Positions 60,801 through 64,000 of a stretch of 64,000 nucleotides of DNA are shown in pieces. Within the stretch, counting starts at the first letter, position 1. Every line of letters starts with the position of its first letter. The notes under the pieces are model-generated. The model worked only from the letters and a program-made list of their open reading frames with translations, did no database searches and was not told the DNA's origin. Location: contig NC_088791.1 of assembly GCF_011386835.1 (NCBI RefSeq), forward strand, positions 115,940,001-116,004,000, given 5' to 3'. The stretch comes from Chrysemys picta bellii (Eukaryota). The translations under genes were made by a program, and so were the position numbers.

Positions 60801-63163
60801 TGGTCACTCAGATTAGCAGAATGAAGAAAATACTGAAGTGGGACATGAATAGAACATTGCAATAATGTGAGGAAGAATCCAAAACTCTTTCCCAAACTAA
60901 TGTTTTATTTACTGCTTTAAGTAGTTTAGTGCTGTTCTAGCATGTAATATTTGATAAGTGTTATGTTTTTATAAAGTTTGCGTTGATACAATTATCTACC
61001 ACTCTTACTGGTGAGCCACAAAATCTCCTTGCTTTAGAATAATATTATTTCATCAGGCTGGTGAAATCATGTTTGAATTTGTTTTATATTTAAACATTAT
61101 GGGCCAAATTCAGCTCTGTTGTAATTCTGCATCTGTCAATGGAATAAGACTAGAGATATATTTGAGTTTATGATTTAATGTAATGATAAGATAACAGCAT
61201 GCTTTATAATCACATACATTACGATGGGAAATACCAATTAAGTCAGCTAGTCCATATCTGGGGTCCCAATTCAGAAGAGTTCCCTATAGTACATTCTTCA
61301 GTGCTCTTGTCTTTAATTTTAAAGGACTCAAGCAATAGCATTTCTGTCTTGGGAGACTATTTCATAGGCTGTCAGATCTCACCATTAGGAAATGCTTTTT
61401 GAAATCCAGCCTAAATTTTCCTTTGCATCGTTTCAATCTCAGTAAATTGGGTTTAAATCCTGTCTTCTGCCACCCTAAACAATTCTTGTTTATTCTGAAG
61501 TAATTTGTAGGTATCTGTATTTAGTTTTATTTTTTTCATGAATTCCTCACAACACATGCTATATGCTATCAGACTCTGCATGTGTTTCCGTCAACACATA
61601 TCTTAGATGCACTTTGGGTTCCCATATGGTCAGATCGGTGGACTACTTCAGGTTAAATAAAAATCAATCCAAGCTTCTTTTTTCAAACATAAAGATAAAT
61701 ACATTTAATTTAAAAAAAAGTGTTATGTTTTCCCATCCTTTCTTTGAGAGGGACTGGAAACAGAAATACCAAAACACGGCAGGAAAGGCTGCATTTGCTG
61801 AATTTCCAGCCTGGTCAAATCCAGGAAATACTAACGATTTAATGAGAGACTGATTTTGTGAGATTTGAGCTTGATTTCAAGGGATGGGCCTTACTCTGTA
61901 ATTTCTTACAAAGAAATGATTTATAGTAAAAGTTCACTAGATGCGTGGGAGGGCTGTGGTAAAATTCAAGGCAGGCCAAGCAATGGACTATGATGAATTA
62001 GTATTTGAAAAGAATCCACATAAAAATAAATGAGGGAAACACTGAAAAAATGATAAAGAAGTGCTAAAAGATTGCAGTTAATGGTATAGTTTCTCCAAAG
62101 ATTAAAACAAAACTAAAACTAAAACATTTTACTACTATTCTAAATGCTTTCCTTACAAGGAACTGAGTTACAGTAAAAGTTCACTAGATTTGTGCGATGT
62201 TGCTGAGGAATGTAATGTGGCAAATTTATGGCCCAAGCTAACTCCTATTGAAGTCAGTATGAAGCTTTCCATTGAATTCAATGGAACCAAGATCAAGCTT
62301 TTAAAATCTTTATTTAAAAAAAAAATACCAAGAGACAAGATTGGAAACTGTAAGCAGGGGCAGAATCTTGGTTCCACTGAGCTTTACAGAAAAATGAATG
62401 GAGGTGACGGTATCAGGGAAACAGTTCTGAAGCCCCGATTTTCAAGGCCAGCACCAGCCCTGACACAAGTTGAAGGTGCTGCCAGGTTCTTCGTTGCTGT
62501 GGCAGAGCTCTGCTCTACCATAACCCCAGCTTCCTGGCCCAACACATCCCTGAAATGCCTCTTCCTTCTCCCTAGCCAGGAGAGATAGAGTAGGGGTAGG
62601 CACCCAACAGTTGCAACACTGATAAACCAGGTTTTTCTCCTACCGTGGAATTCTTGTCTGGTCATTTGCAGCTGGTTTATAGTCCCTTTTTGCCATAAGA
62701 GTGGCAAGGAGCCATAACTCAGCTTGTGAATCTGGCCCAGTGAATTTAATATAAGAAGAGCTGTGTGTTGGACAATACCTGGCAAAGTGCAGTTTAAGAA
62801 TGACTAGCATGGATGGAGGCACTGAGGGTCAAATCCTTAATTTACCTACTAGACTACTTTCTTGGTCTTACACTCATGAGAGAGAGAAGATCAGTGGATA
62901 ACACTTTAGATACTTAAATGCTTCACACACTCTAATAACACAGCATAGACTGTTAAATTTGCAAAAGAAATCTGTCAAGTTTCCATATGACAAATAAATA
63001 CTTAAGATAATAGGTTATGGAACAAGAGGAAGAACAGAGCTTCAGATAAAACTGGTTTAAGGTCTTGCTAATTATTAAAATGTGTCCATCAATGTATTGT
63101 GTGTCTTCACATATTCAAAAAATAATATATACAGAAAAAGTATATTCATATATGAAAAATTAA

Positions 63164-63365
63164 GGGGACTTGGTGGCTCAGGGTATTGATAGTTGGAAAA
63201 GGAGCCTTTCACTTCTAGGTCACCATTTGGAATCTAGATCAGGCAGTACAGTGACTAAATCTACTGGCCTATCTAAAATGAGTTGGTAATGAGGTTAGCT
63301 TGGTTCCCAATAGATATGTGTTGTATCACAAAACCATCACCACCACAATTGGCACTAATTGGTAG
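63164..63365 (+). mobile_element. LF-SINE
   Basis: ggggacttggtggctcagggtattgatag...gagcctttcacttctaggtcacc...atcacaaaaccatcaccaccacaattggcactaattgg. Confidence 0.85.
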
Positions 63366-64000
63366 CCAAAGACTGAATTATCATGAAAACTGAAGTATCC
63401 TTTCACCCTTTGTAGGTGCTGACTCTGGGTCAGTGTGTATAAACAATGGTTGGAACATCTCAAGGAAATGTGTACATTGCTTCTCATGCTATCTTTTTTC
63501 TGTGAACAAAGAATAGGCTTCAGGACTGTCAATTTGGCACTTTTCATGAACATTAAATTCACAAAAAGCCCAGGAAAAATGTATATTATTATTAATAATA
63601 ATACATAAATAAACACCTAGCTCTTAATACAGGACTTTCAGTAGGGCGCAAAGCACTTTATGAAGGAGCATCATTATCCCCATTTTACAGATGGGAAAAC
63701 TGAGTCACAGAGGGGTGAAATATAAAGAATATATAAAGAAAAGAGTGTAATAGTCAGAGAATCCATAACAGATTTTACATTGAGGCTAGTGTAAGGAAAG
63801 AAATTCAGGAGTGTAGTCAGTACTGTGTAGTGCAAACACGGTCAATAAAGTTCATAGCTGATATATCTCACTCTGGTGTCTCAGTTCTTTTATTTAAGGT
63901 AGTGCCAGTAGCCTGGGATACAACTTGTAGCAGAGCACACAGATATATATGAATTGTCAGTTTCCTTTATGTAAGGGGATTTCAACGTTATTAGTAGAAC

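Noticed and set aside
1-64000. Known conserved miRNA hairpins, snoRNAs, rRNA, tRNA genes or a nameable host gene
   Set aside because: No mature miRNA or structural RNA sequence I know was found by eye, and no peptide matched a protein I recognise. An Infernal/BLAST search is needed to exclude them.

Overview
This is vertebrate genomic DNA: AT-rich, CpG-depleted, from a draft scaffold with four N-gaps. The repeat repertoire (CR1, Penelope, PIF/Harbinger and hAT MITEs, MIR, AmnSINE1, LF-SINE, Sushi-clade Gypsy) points to a non-avian reptile, most likely a turtle (inference). I find no intact protein-coding gene, rRNA, tRNA or CRISPR array. Nearly all track ORFs are spurious or decayed transposon frames. 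Main content: (1) a decayed chromodomain-bearing Ty3/Gypsy element on the minus strand (6331-11027). It lacks both full LTRs and sits between 83-bp direct repeats of host DNA, next to a related LTR. (2) A CpG-rich promoter-like region at about 25.65-26.45 kb, with short splice-site-bounded candidate exons running away from it on both strands; the gene identity is not recognised. (3) A 46-bp near-perfect (45/46) inverted repeat at 17657-17702 / 20002-20047 that brackets two minus-strand candidate exons. This is the most unusual signal in the window. (4) Two Penelope fragments carrying minimal hammerhead-ribozyme motifs, one nearly intact. (5) A truncated Harbinger transposase gene with its MITE relatives, and a CR1 LINE holding two nested MITEs. 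All alignments were done by eye. Family names come from recall of consensus sequences and need RepeatMasker/Dfam confirmation.
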